From a virus (taxonomy: Duplodnaviria; Caudoviricetes), in the IMG/VR virus record IMGVR_UViG_3300032242_000759, positions 1-52,911 of that record: 52,911 bases of DNA. The stretch is one strand, 5' to 3'. Shown here piece by piece: positions 41,716 to 51,743 of this stretch. The notes beneath the pieces were generated by a model. That model saw only the letters and a list, made by a program, of their open reading frames with translations. It was not told where the DNA came from and ran no database searches. A program made the position numbers and the translations under genes. Every line of letters begins with the position of its first letter. The first letter of the stretch is position 1.

Positions 41716-43371
41716 ATGGGTCAATTCAAACCAATGGTGAAGATGTTCACCGATGAGCCTTCAGTAATCCTGAAACTCAAAAAAGGCGGTAAAGTTGCTT
41801 CCAAGGCCGCAAGCCAAGAAGAAGGCTTCAAGTCCATGGCCCATAACAATGCCAAGGTCTTTGAAGATGCCGAACATGGTGTGGCTCCTAAAAAGCCTTC
41901 CATGGCAGAACGTCGCAAGGCAATGAACCCCAACCAGTATGCCAAGGGCGGCAAAGTCGCTCACAAGCAAATGGGTGGTGCAATGCCTATGCAAGGCGCT
42001 CCAGCAGCCGCAATGCCTATCAACCCTGCCGCACCTCAAGCAATGGGCCGCCAAGCCCTTATGGCTATGGCTCCTGCCCAGCGCATGCGTCGTGCAGCAA
42101 TGGTTCAAAAAGCTTTGTCCGGCATGAAGAAGGGCGGTTCTGCTAACGCCAAGTGCGCGGCTCTTGAAAAAGAGTTGAAGCACCATGAGTCTTTGTCGAT
42201 GGCAAAAGCCCATCCGATGAAAAAAGCATCGGGCGGCGCAGTTGACCGCGACGAGACCCGCACAACCATTGAAGGCAATGCGAAGAAATTTGCAAAGACC
42301 AAAGTGGATGACGGCGATCATCATGACAGCCATCACGGCACCAAAGGCATCAAAGATGGTGCAGTTGGCGGCTACAAGCATGGTGGTCACGCCAAGAAGA
42401 TGCACAAGTTTGCAACTGGCGGCGCAATTCCTGCTGACACTGACGAAAAAGTCAACAAAGGCAAGATCAAGATGCGTGGCACCATTGAGGGCAATGAGCA
42501 CGACTATGTGAACACTGAGATGCACCAAGCCAAGCGTGACAAAGCGCACGGCACTGGCGGCATCAAGGAATCCAACGCAGGCGGCTTCAAGCGCGGTGGC
42601 AAGATTCATCACAAAGCCCATGGTGGTAAGGCTTCCGGTGTTGGCAATGCGATTGAGCACGATGGCGATTGGGAAAACCGTCCCGCTGACGGCACACCTC
42701 CCGGCAAAACAAACGGCACCACTGGTGGCGTGCGTGAGTCCAACGGCGGTGGCTACAAAATGGGAGGGCGTGCCTCAAAAAAAGCCTATGCTACGGGGGG
42801 TCAAGTAGTTGATGATGGTCGTGCGGTCAAGATGCCGCGCCACTTCGTCAGTCGCCCTGTAGCAAACAGCCTGCAATCTGGTACCTTCGCCAAGGGCGGT
42901 AAGGTCGAGAAAGAGGAGAAGCCAAACCTTCGCCTCATCAAGACCCACAAAGGCCCAAGTGGACACGTAGCCAAGGTTTACAAAGACCGTGATTGGGATG
43001 AGCATCGCGTAAAGTTTTTCAGCCCTGAAGGCCAGCATCACCCCAATGCTGACTATCACACTGAAACCGCTGAAGATGCTCATGACACAGCCATGAGACA
43101 AGTAAGCCACGGCTATCGTAAAGGTGGAAAGGCTCGTTTTGCAGAAGGCGGCACAGAAGACCTGTCAAAAGGTGCTTACGATGCCCACTATGCAAACGAG
43201 AAGAAAGAGAATGAAGCAATGCGTGACAGCATTTTGGGTGCGCCAAAACGCGCCTATGACGCTGTCAAGAGCATGTTTGGTTCCTCTACACCTCCAGAAG
43301 GTAGCGTGACCAAGACAGAGAAATCTGTAACGGTTGCGCCCGGCAAAAAGCGTGGCGGCAAAATGTGCTGA
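41716..43371 (+). CDS. Basic low-complexity protein with about 15 x[AK]xGG-type motifs
   Basis: AAGGAG SD; LKKGG, YAKGG, MKKGG, YKHGG, FATGG, FAEGG and others. Confidence 0.8.
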   Translation: MGQFKPMVKMFTDEPSVILKLKKGGKVASKAASQEEGFKSMAHNNAKVFEDAEHGVAPKKPSMAERRKAMNPNQYAKGGKVAHKQMGGAMPMQGAPAAAMPINPAAPQAMGRQALMAMAPAQRMRRAAMVQKALSGMKKGGSANAKCAALEKELKHHESLSMAKAHPMKKASGGAVDRDETRTTIEGNAKKFAKTKVDDGDHHDSHHGTKGIKDGAVGGYKHGGHAKKMHKFATGGAIPADTDEKVNKGKIKMRGTIEGNEHDYVNTEMHQAKRDKAHGTGGIKESNAGGFKRGGKIHHKAHGGKASGVGNAIEHDGDWENRPADGTPPGKTNGTTGGVRESNGGGYKMGGRASKKAYATGGQVVDDGRAVKMPRHFVSRPVANSLQSGTFAKGGKVEKEEKPNLRLIKTHKGPSGHVAKVYKDRDWDEHRVKFFSPEGQHHPNADYHTETAEDAHDTAMRQVSHGYRKGGKARFAEGGTEDLSKGAYDAHYANEKKENEAMRDSILGAPKRAYDAVKSMFGSSTPPEGSVTKTEKSVTVAPGKKRGGKMC

Positions 43372-43374
43372 ATC

Positions 43375-43401
43375 AAGTAGGGGCTTCGGCCCCTGCTTTT
43401 T
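43375..43401 (+). terminator. Intrinsic terminator with a UUCG tetraloop
   Basis: GTAGGGGC-TTCG-GCCCCTGC followed by TTTTT. Confidence 0.85.
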
Positions 43402-43413
43402 AAAGGAAAAATT

Positions 43414-44193
43414 ATGAGTAATGGAATTACTGCTTCAGTCACACGCGCTGGTACCTATGAGCCTTTTGATTTGCAAGTTGCACGCAATCAAATTCAAGGG
43501 CATAGCGTTGTAAGTTTGTTTGGTTACCAAGCTTCAGTGACCACAGCTTCTATCCCAATTTGGGAAAACGCATCAACTTATACATACATTACATCAGCGT
43601 CTACATTGACGTTGGTCAGTACGTCTACATCTGACGATACAAGCGCAAAAATTTTGATCAGTGGTTTGGATTCAAGTTTCAATCCAATCTCTGAAACATT
43701 GGCGTTGAACGGCATTACTGGTGTAACTACGGTCAACAGTTATTTCCGTGTCAACAGCTTGTTGATGGTATCCCCCGGCACCAGCCAAAACACCAACGTC
43801 GGCACAATCACGCTGAAGCAATCTTCAAACGTGGTGGCTCAAATCAACATTGGTATTGGTAAGTCGCAAAGCACAATTTACACCGTGCCTGCTGGTTACA
43901 CGTTTTATCTGGATTTGGCTGAAGTCAATACGTCAAACAGCTACACAGGTAGCACCATCATCACTTACAAAGTGCAAGCTATCAACAACACAACTGGCGT
44001 TAAATTAAACGTATTGCAACAGCCATTTGTTTCAATTTATACAGCTAATCGAGCATCTGATCCTTTTGCTTACGCCGAAAAAACAGATATCCAATGGCAA
44101 TTGAACACCAACACCGGAACAATTGCGGCTGGAGTTATCGTTACAGGCAAACTGATTCAGAACAACAACAACGTCACTGGATCGGGAACTTAA
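43414..44193 (+). CDS. Virion structural protein
   Basis: AAGGA SD; S.S..D.....I.GLD..F....E and YTVPAG.T motifs. Confidence 0.7.
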   Translation: MSNGITASVTRAGTYEPFDLQVARNQIQGHSVVSLFGYQASVTTASIPIWENASTYTYITSASTLTLVSTSTSDDTSAKILISGLDSSFNPISETLALNGITGVTTVNSYFRVNSLLMVSPGTSQNTNVGTITLKQSSNVVAQINIGIGKSQSTIYTVPAGYTFYLDLAEVNTSNSYTGSTIITYKVQAINNTTGVKLNVLQQPFVSIYTANRASDPFAYAEKTDIQWQLNTNTGTIAAGVIVTGKLIQNNNNVTGSGT

Positions 44194-44195
44194 TC

Positions 44196-44714
44196 ATGCC
44201 AAGCAAATCACCTGCTCAACATCGTTTGATGGAAGCCGCCGCCCATACTAAGGGTGGCTTTGGTGGTGTTCCCCAAAAAGTCGGCAAAGAGTTTGCCAAG
44301 GCCGACGAGGGTAAAAAATTTAAGGAAGGTGGTTTGTATGAAAACATTCATCGTAAACAGCAAAGAATTGCTGAAGGCTCTGGCGAAAAAATGCGCCGAG
44401 TTGGTAGCAAAGGTGCGCCAACGGCTGAAGCCTTCAAGCAGTCAGCCAAAACAGCCAGAATGAAAGAAGGTGGGCCCAGCCTTGCAGTTGGTCGCGGCGA
44501 GAAGCTTTCGGTCGAAAAAGGCGCAGGATTGACTGCAAAAGGTCGGGCAAAGTACAACCGTGAGACAGGTTCACATTTAAAGGCCCCCCAACCACAAGGT
44601 GGTGCGCGAAAAGATAGTTTTTGCGCGAGAATGGAGGGAGTTGTTAAACATGCAAAAGGGGACGCACCACGCGCTAAAGCATCGCTGAAGCGTTGGAATT
44701 GTCCCGGTTGGTAA
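44196..44714 (+). CDS. Basic modular protein (MPSKS.AQ.RLM, GLY.NIH.K and SFCARM modules)
   Basis: Three short basic modules separated by FKEGG and MKEGG; ends RWNCPGW. Confidence 0.75.
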   Translation: MPSKSPAQHRLMEAAAHTKGGFGGVPQKVGKEFAKADEGKKFKEGGLYENIHRKQQRIAEGSGEKMRRVGSKGAPTAEAFKQSAKTARMKEGGPSLAVGRGEKLSVEKGAGLTAKGRAKYNRETGSHLKAPQPQGGARKDSFCARMEGVVKHAKGDAPRAKASLKRWNCPGW

Positions 44715-44726
44715 CAGGAGAAAATC

Positions 44727-44966
44727 ATGGAATATAGTCCTTGGGCGAAAATTAACAAATCTCCAAAAGAAAAACAGGCATTGATTGATGCTCCAGTACC
44801 TTCTTACAATAAAGAAGCAGTGGACAAAGAAATTAAGCGATCAAGTGAAAAAATTGGGTCTTCCGAAGCTAAAGCAATCCATGGTTTGCTTAAAGGCAGA
44901 CATGCTAAAGGTGGAAAAATTAGCACCGCTGAACACGGAAATCCTAAATGTAAAAATTGCTGGTAA
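44727..44966 (+). CDS. Small basic protein
   Basis: AGGAG SD; contains HAKGGKI. Confidence 0.7.
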   Translation: MEYSPWAKINKSPKEKQALIDAPVPSYNKEAVDKEIKRSSEKIGSSEAKAIHGLLKGRHAKGGKISTAEHGNPKCKNCW

Positions 44967-44974
44967 GGTAAAAA

Positions 44975-46030
44975 ATGGCTTATTCAGGAACCGTTGGACA
45001 GACAGTTGTCTCAGTACAGAAATTCATCGACCAAGGGGCCCGGATGTCGGGCAAACTCGCCGAAGAATTAACTGTCGAGCAAGTCCAAGCTTCTAAGCAA
45101 GCCTTATTTTTTATCCTTTCCAACCTGATCAACCAAGGAATCAACTACTGGTGTATCAGCAAAAAGGTCTATGGCCTCAATATAGACCAGTATGAGTATT
45201 TGCTACCCGTAGGTGGCAACGATGTCTTGAACGCGCTGTATCGCACGCTACAACGCCCTCCCGGCGCAGGTTATTCGTCCTCAGGCTCTGCCGCATTGGC
45301 TTTTGACAATAACGTCAATACTTCTGACGCTCAGACCTCGCCAAACGGTTACATCGCAATCAATTACGGTAGCAACCCGGTCTATGCTGGTTCAATTGGC
45401 ATCTTGCCTGCCACCTCCGGCTCATTCCACATCTTGCTGGAATGGTCAAATGATGGCGTGACATGGAATTTGCTCGAAGACACTGGAGTTACCACATGGG
45501 TGAATGGCGAATGGTTGTGGTACGACATTGACCCCGGCCAGACTTGCACCTATTACCGTATGCGCGAAACTGGTGGCGGCACATTGAATGTGGCCGAGTT
45601 TTATGTGGGCAACAACTCTACAGAAGTCACCATGGCTCGTTTGAACCGTGACGACTACACCAATCTGCCCAACAAGAACTTCACGGCCAATCAACCGTAT
45701 CAATACTGGTTTAACCGCACGATCCCTCAAGCAACCATTGTTTTGTGGCCTGCACCATCTGACCCATTTGTGCAGATGACAATCTGGTACTCACGCCAAG
45801 TGATGGATGTGGGTGATTTGTACGACGAGTTGGAAATTCCTCAATATTTCTACCAAGCAATCCAGTGCATGCTGGCTCACCAGATGAGCCTTTTATTGCC
45901 GGGAGTTGACCTTGCACGAATTCAGTACCTTGAAGGCCAAGCCGACAAGTACTTTACGATGGCTGAGAACGAAAACCGCGACAAGTCGCCGATCTATTAC
46001 GCGCCCAACATTTCTGTCTACACGAGGTAA
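44975..46030 (+). CDS. Head-tail adaptor (P22 gp4-like) with an inserted beta-sandwich domain
   Basis: NQGINYW, R.DY.NLPNK...P.QYWF.R..LWP.P motifs; the insert has the EWSNDG.TW / YYR pattern of discoidin-like folds. Confidence 0.7.
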   Translation: MAYSGTVGQTVVSVQKFIDQGARMSGKLAEELTVEQVQASKQALFFILSNLINQGINYWCISKKVYGLNIDQYEYLLPVGGNDVLNALYRTLQRPPGAGYSSSGSAALAFDNNVNTSDAQTSPNGYIAINYGSNPVYAGSIGILPATSGSFHILLEWSNDGVTWNLLEDTGVTTWVNGEWLWYDIDPGQTCTYYRMRETGGGTLNVAEFYVGNNSTEVTMARLNRDDYTNLPNKNFTANQPYQYWFNRTIPQATIVLWPAPSDPFVQMTIWYSRQVMDVGDLYDELEIPQYFYQAIQCMLAHQMSLLLPGVDLARIQYLEGQADKYFTMAENENRDKSPIYYAPNISVYTR

Positions 46031-46033
46031 GCC

Positions 46034-46414
46034 ATGCCTCGTTTTCTAAACACAGAAGGCAATGCAGTAATCGCAATCTTCATCTGCGACAGATGCAAGA
46101 TGAAACGTGCGATTATTGAAGCCATGCCTGACCCGAACTTTCCGGGTTTAAAAGTGTGCCAACAAGGCTGTGCTGACCAAAAAGACCCTTATCGCCTGCC
46201 TGCACGCAAGACAGAGCGCATCACTTTGCAGTTTCCTCGCCCAGATGTCAGCGTTGCAGCAGATGACCAAGGCTTGGTGGTGACTCCAACTGGTACTAAC
46301 ATACCCGGAGGAAATCCAAGTGAGTTGTACATTAGTACAGAAAACGGATCAACAACACCACAGCAAAATGGCAACACCAACGTAATTACACCCAACCCAT
46401 CTTCAGGCCAATAA
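46034..46414 (+). CDS. Small Cys4 neck-region protein
   Basis: ICDRC...GL.VC..C.D..DP...PRPD. Confidence 0.7.
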   Translation: MPRFLNTEGNAVIAIFICDRCKMKRAIIEAMPDPNFPGLKVCQQGCADQKDPYRLPARKTERITLQFPRPDVSVAADDQGLVVTPTGTNIPGGNPSELYISTENGSTTPQQNGNTNVITPNPSSGQ

Positions 46415-46415
46415 T

Positions 46416-49037
46416 ATGAGTGGACAAGTAACCATCCTTCAACTACCAACAGCAGGAGCCTTAACTGGTTCCGAGTCTGTTCCTGTCGTACAAAATGGCG
46501 TGACGGTTCAGACCACCACGGGCGCGATTGCCGGGGCTGGTGCACTGAATTACCCATTCCTGACTGTTGGCTCGACGGCTGGTCTTCCGCAGGCCCGATA
46601 CATCACCACCAACGCTGGTCTGTCGGTGACCGATGGCGGTGCTGGTAGCACTCTGCAAGTTAATTTGCTTGGAGCCGCTCTGTCGTTAAATTCAAGTGGG
46701 ACAGGCATTCAGGTCAAGACCAACTCAAACACCGTCACAGCGCGGTCTATTGGGGTCGGCACGGGCCTTTCGATTGCAAACCCTACTGGGGTGGCAGGTG
46801 ACCCAACAATCAGCTTAGGAACCTTCCTACAGCAGTTTGTGTCCTTGACTGGCACGGGCATGTTGGCGATCCAAAGTGGCACCGTTGCTAAGGTCAACAT
46901 CGTCCCGACTAGTAGTCAGACTACCATTTTGAATGGCAATGGAGCCGCAGATGTGCAAGTCGGAATTGCCGACAATGCTGTTTTGCCGGGCACCGGAAGC
47001 GTGACTTTGCCAATTGGCACTTCAGCACAGCGTTCTGGTTCTGCTGGCGCGATCCGTTACAACTCCAGCCTTCAGCAGTTTGAAGGCCAGACCAACACAG
47101 GTTGGAACCAGTTCTCATTGACTGGTGGCGTGACATCGTTCAATGCTGGCTCTACAGGCTTTACTCCAAATACAGATACCACTGGTGCTGTGACTTTGGC
47201 CGGAACCTTAAACGTCGCAAGTGGCGGCACTGGAACATCCGGTTTGACAGGTTATGTCTACGGTAACGGCTCAGGCATCATGACTGCGTCTACCACCATT
47301 CCAACTACCCGGTTGAGTGGAACCATAACCAATGCTCAATTGACCAACAGCGCAGTGACTTACAACGGCGTGACCGTGTCTCTAGGTGGATCGGGAACAA
47401 TCACTGCGACGGCCACCAATGCATTGACAATTGGCACCGGATTGACTGGCACCAGCTACAACGGTTCAACCGCTGTCACAATTGCCATCGATTCGACCGT
47501 AGCCACATTGACTGGCACCCAGACGTTGACCAACAAAACAATGGATGGTGGATCGAACACGTTCACCAACATTGGCAACAGTTCATTAGTCAACAGTCAG
47601 ATCACGCTGGGTACAACCAATATTGCCCTTGGCGGCACTGCTTTGGCACCCGTGGGGCTCACCAGCGTCACAGTGACTCAGAACCCAACTGGTGCCCTGC
47701 AATTGGCTACCAAGCAGTACGTGGACAATTCAACTGCGGCTGGCCTTGACATTCATCCATCGGTGGTGGGTGATTCTGACTCCAACCTTGCATCGACTTA
47801 TGCACAAGGCGGCACAACCCCAACCATCACGGCCATTGCAAGCGGCACAAATTGCACCTCTGCATCACATGGCTTGTCGGTCAACGACATGGTTGTTCCA
47901 AGTGTCACGGCCAATGGTTTAGTATCTGGCACACCGTACTTTGTTTATTCAGTGGTGGATGCAAACACCATCACGCTGTCTGCAAGTTATGGTGGCACTC
48001 AGATCACCACACTGACCAACGGCTCTGGCCTGACCATCACCACCCGCGCCAACTCTGGTGTGGGCGCGACATTGACATCGACAACCAATGGCCCTTTGAC
48101 AATCGAAGGTTACACCTTTGGATTGAGTGATCGCATTTTGGTTCTTGGTCAAACCAGCGCATTCCAAAACGGTGTGTACACCGTCACTCAAGTAGGTGTG
48201 GCATCAGTCAGCCCATGGATTTTGACTCGCGCAACAGATGGCAATAAATACATTCCCAACAGTGCCAGTGGTCTGGATGTTGGCGCGTATTTCCTCGTTA
48301 CTGGTGGCGGTGATCAGGGTGAGGCATATGTCCTGTCTACCACGGGCATTTTGATCATTGGCACGACCAACCTGACGTTTGCTCAGTTTTCACAAGTCAC
48401 ACCATACACAGCAGGCACAGGCCTGACCCTGACCGGGCAACAGTTCAGCATCAGCAACACTGCGGTGACTGCTGGCGCTTATGGATCAGCCACTCAAGTG
48501 GGCACATTTACCGTCAACGCACAGGGTCAATTGACTTTGGCAGGAAACACCACGGTCACACCTGCTGTCGGATCAATTACAGGCCTTGGTACTGGCGTGG
48601 CGACCGCTCTGGCGGTCAATACAGGCTCTGCTGGCGCTTTTGTGGTCAATGGCGGTGCTTTGGGTACCCCAAGTAGTGGCACGGTCACAAACCTGACTGG
48701 AACAGCCTCAATCAACATCAACGGTACTGTAGGCGCAACTACTGCGACAACAGGGGCATTTACTACGGTCTCAGCGTCCGGTGTCATCACATCAACCGTT
48801 GCGACTGGTACTGCACCATTTACCGTGGCATCAACCACTGCGGTGACAAACCTGACTTCGCAATTTGCAACAAACGCAACAAATACCGGGATCACAGCCG
48901 CATCATCTGGTGCGACCAACTATTTGACTTTCGTAACTGCGACTTCCGGAAACCTCCCACAATTGGTAAACTCGTCGATAACCGCAAACGCCGCAAATGG
49001 CACCATAACAGGTGGTATTGCTGGCGGCGCTTTCTAA
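46416..49037 (+). CDS. Long tail fibre protein
   Basis: I.QLP.A..LTG.E.VP.VQ.G.T anchor; G.IRYN....FEG, QTLTNKT, ATKQYVD and DR.LV..Q....NGVY motifs; ends GGAF. Confidence 0.85.
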   Translation: MSGQVTILQLPTAGALTGSESVPVVQNGVTVQTTTGAIAGAGALNYPFLTVGSTAGLPQARYITTNAGLSVTDGGAGSTLQVNLLGAALSLNSSGTGIQVKTNSNTVTARSIGVGTGLSIANPTGVAGDPTISLGTFLQQFVSLTGTGMLAIQSGTVAKVNIVPTSSQTTILNGNGAADVQVGIADNAVLPGTGSVTLPIGTSAQRSGSAGAIRYNSSLQQFEGQTNTGWNQFSLTGGVTSFNAGSTGFTPNTDTTGAVTLAGTLNVASGGTGTSGLTGYVYGNGSGIMTASTTIPTTRLSGTITNAQLTNSAVTYNGVTVSLGGSGTITATATNALTIGTGLTGTSYNGSTAVTIAIDSTVATLTGTQTLTNKTMDGGSNTFTNIGNSSLVNSQITLGTTNIALGGTALAPVGLTSVTVTQNPTGALQLATKQYVDNSTAAGLDIHPSVVGDSDSNLASTYAQGGTTPTITAIASGTNCTSASHGLSVNDMVVPSVTANGLVSGTPYFVYSVVDANTITLSASYGGTQITTLTNGSGLTITTRANSGVGATLTSTTNGPLTIEGYTFGLSDRILVLGQTSAFQNGVYTVTQVGVASVSPWILTRATDGNKYIPNSASGLDVGAYFLVTGGGDQGEAYVLSTTGILIIGTTNLTFAQFSQVTPYTAGTGLTLTGQQFSISNTAVTAGAYGSATQVGTFTVNAQGQLTLAGNTTVTPAVGSITGLGTGVATALAVNTGSAGAFVVNGGALGTPSSGTVTNLTGTASININGTVGATTATTGAFTTVSASGVITSTVATGTAPFTVASTTAVTNLTSQFATNATNTGITAASSGATNYLTFVTATSGNLPQLVNSSITANAANGTITGGIAGGAF
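46910..46926. promoter_or_regulatory. parS-like palindrome, copy 4 (inside the tail fibre gene)
   Basis: TAGTAGTC-A-GACTACCA. Confidence 0.55.
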
Positions 49038-49046
49038 GGAAAAAAC

Positions 49047-51728
49047 ATGGCACAAAGTGGATACACCCCGATCCTGATCTACGCAAGCGGCACAGCTACA
49101 AACGTGCCTTTGGCGGCAAACATGACCAGCAGTGCATCGGGCGCTGAGTTGGCATTGAATTATGTTGACGGTAAGCTGTACTACAAAGATAGCGGTGGTG
49201 TTGTGCAAATCCTTGCATCCAAAGCAGGAAACATCAACGTATCGTCTTTCAGTGCTGGCACGACTGGCCTTACTCCCAACACCGCAACCACTGGAGCAGT
49301 GACGTTGGCGGGCACGTTGATTACGTCCAACGGCGGTACTGGACTTTCTTCATACACCGCAGGTGACTTGTCTTACTATGCCTCTGGTACAGCATTGACC
49401 AAGTTAGCTATTGGAACGAACGGATATATCCTTCAATCAACTGGCTCTGCTCCATCATGGGTTGCGGCATCCACAGTGGTTGGTGGCGCGGCTGGTTCCA
49501 ACACTCAAGTTCAATTTAACAACTCTGGTGCTTTAGGTGCGTCTGCAAACTTGACATGGAACGGTTCAACGCTTGCCGTCACTGGAACGCTTACATCTTC
49601 TGGGAATGTTGGCGCGGGAACCACAACTACAAACTACCCCCTGTCGTTCTCAGGTAACAACTCAACGTACCAAGCAACAGGTACGCAAATGGGTTTTGGT
49701 AGTTCTGGGTTCAGCGGATACGGCCCACACATCGGAACGACCAACAGAACCTATGTCCACTTCATTGGTTCGGGTGGCGGCTCTGTACTCAACACTTGGA
49801 TTCATGGATACCAAGTGGGTAACCCAGCGGGTTCTAACTATATTCGTGTTGCTCCCGGCATTTCTGGCAATCCTGTTTCTGGTTTAAGCATTGCAAATGA
49901 CGGTGTTAAATGGTATTACAACGCAAGCAAAACAACTGGCGACCCAGATTACACGCCAACGCTGTATCACACCTTAGATAGCACAGGTCTTACGGTCAGT
50001 GGCCTTATAAATATTGCTGGCGCAAACTGGCTTCAATTTGGTGGCGCAAATACGCTCTATTCATCATCTGGCGTCGGTTTCTTTTTGCAGGCCCCTGATG
50101 TATCAACTACGCCATTAACTATTCGCGGTAGTGGCGGGGCAAATTGGGCAACTTTTTCTTCTACTGGTTTGGGTGTTGGAACAACAACAACTACTTTGGG
50201 TTCAATCAACCTTGCTGGCTCTGCGGCATTGGGCATTACATCAGGCACTACTGGTGATTACTTGTCTTCTGGTGGAGGCAATAACAGTACTTACAACGGC
50301 ATTGCAATTATTTCTAATTCCAGAGGTATTGGCACACAAGCCAACTCTTCACTTCCATCTTGGATTGTAGACATTGGTGGTCGAGGTGCTGACGGTTCTA
50401 CATTCCCAGTAACAACGGCAAACAAGTTTCGTGTTGCTTATGCGGCGGCTGGAACTTCTTTTTACAGCGGTAAAGATGCGTTTTCAGTTGATTCAAGTTT
50501 GCGCATTGGTTTTGGTACGCAAGGAACCACCACTGACCGTTTAATTGATGCTTCTTTTCAAGGCGCAACTACAACTGGCGCAAATCAGTTTGGTATTGTT
50601 TTAAACCCAACATACCCAAACACCGTTACATCAAGTTTATTTAATTTTTACACTGGCGCTAATTTATCTTCTGGGGCAACTTTAACATCTGCTTATGGCG
50701 TATATGTAGAGGCTGGTAACTACAGTGGAAGCACGGTTACAAACAAGTACGGCATCTACCAAGCGGGTGCTGCTGATAGAAATTATTTTGCTGGACAAGT
50801 TGGTATCAACAACACCAACCCTACAACACGACTTGCGGTAACTTTGGCTAATAACGAAGCGGCGTCGATGACTTCAATTTCCGCAGGAACTGGTGCGGTT
50901 GGGCAAAATCAAGGCGAAATTCGAGAACTTGGATTCAATGTAAATAGTTCTGCAAACTTTGTAATTTCAAGCATCGTCACAACATCTTCTGGATGGCGTG
51001 TGGTATTCCGTGGAACGTGGTCAAACAACTACGAGGGTGGAGGACTTACAACCTATGCGCCATACATTGAGTTGAACGCCGCAAACCCTTCAACACCAAT
51101 TGGCTCAAGAACTCTTACCGTCAGTCGAAATGGTAGCGGGTATTTGATTGTTAACTCAACCGACAGTTACTACATTGCATTTGCTGGTACGGTTGAGATT
51201 TATGAAAACCCACAAAGCCAACAGCCACAGCAGTCAATGCGTTTGCTTGGGGGTATTCAGTTTCCCGCAACTGCAAACTTGTCTTCTAATGTCAACACAC
51301 TTGATGACTACGAAGAAGGAACATTTACACCACAAGTTGCTTTTGGTGGTTCTTCTACTGGTATGACGTATTCATATACAAATGGTCAATACAGAAAAAT
51401 TGGCTCGATGGTTTATTTTTGGATAACTGTTTACATTAATGTCAAAGGTTCTGGAACTGGTTCATTCGAATGTTATGGATTGCCATTCATTGGAACAAAC
51501 AGTTATTACAACGAACAAATGGTTACTTGCGGTGAATTTAATAGTGTGTCGTTCCCCGGAAGTGCTTTAAATGCTCGTGTTAATTATTCAAGTGCACAAT
51601 CACAAGTTTCTGCTGTCGGGTTGTTTAGTTACTACGCTTCTGGGGCGGGTCAATATGGTATGCAAAACACAAACTTTACTAACGGTAGTTCATTTGCTTT
51701 TGCAGGTTGCTACACAACGAATCAATAA
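49047..51728 (+). CDS. Tail fibre / receptor-binding protein
   Basis: ELALNY.DGKLYYK N-terminal domain; NTLDDYEEGTFTP...Y.KIG..V...GLPF C-terminal domain; AT-richer distal part. Confidence 0.85.
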   Translation: MAQSGYTPILIYASGTATNVPLAANMTSSASGAELALNYVDGKLYYKDSGGVVQILASKAGNINVSSFSAGTTGLTPNTATTGAVTLAGTLITSNGGTGLSSYTAGDLSYYASGTALTKLAIGTNGYILQSTGSAPSWVAASTVVGGAAGSNTQVQFNNSGALGASANLTWNGSTLAVTGTLTSSGNVGAGTTTTNYPLSFSGNNSTYQATGTQMGFGSSGFSGYGPHIGTTNRTYVHFIGSGGGSVLNTWIHGYQVGNPAGSNYIRVAPGISGNPVSGLSIANDGVKWYYNASKTTGDPDYTPTLYHTLDSTGLTVSGLINIAGANWLQFGGANTLYSSSGVGFFLQAPDVSTTPLTIRGSGGANWATFSSTGLGVGTTTTTLGSINLAGSAALGITSGTTGDYLSSGGGNNSTYNGIAIISNSRGIGTQANSSLPSWIVDIGGRGADGSTFPVTTANKFRVAYAAAGTSFYSGKDAFSVDSSLRIGFGTQGTTTDRLIDASFQGATTTGANQFGIVLNPTYPNTVTSSLFNFYTGANLSSGATLTSAYGVYVEAGNYSGSTVTNKYGIYQAGAADRNYFAGQVGINNTNPTTRLAVTLANNEAASMTSISAGTGAVGQNQGEIRELGFNVNSSANFVISSIVTTSSGWRVVFRGTWSNNYEGGGLTTYAPYIELNAANPSTPIGSRTLTVSRNGSGYLIVNSTDSYYIAFAGTVEIYENPQSQQPQQSMRLLGGIQFPATANLSSNVNTLDDYEEGTFTPQVAFGGSSTGMTYSYTNGQYRKIGSMVYFWITVYINVKGSGTGSFECYGLPFIGTNSYYNEQMVTCGEFNSVSFPGSALNARVNYSSAQSQVSAVGLFSYYASGAGQYGMQNTNFTNGSSFAFAGCYTTNQ

Positions 51729-51743
51729 CTGAAAGGAAAAATC

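Noticed and set aside
49047-51728. Diversity-generating retroelement or invertible tail-fibre cassette
   Set aside because: No reverse transcriptase or invertase, and no near-identical TR/VR pair seen.
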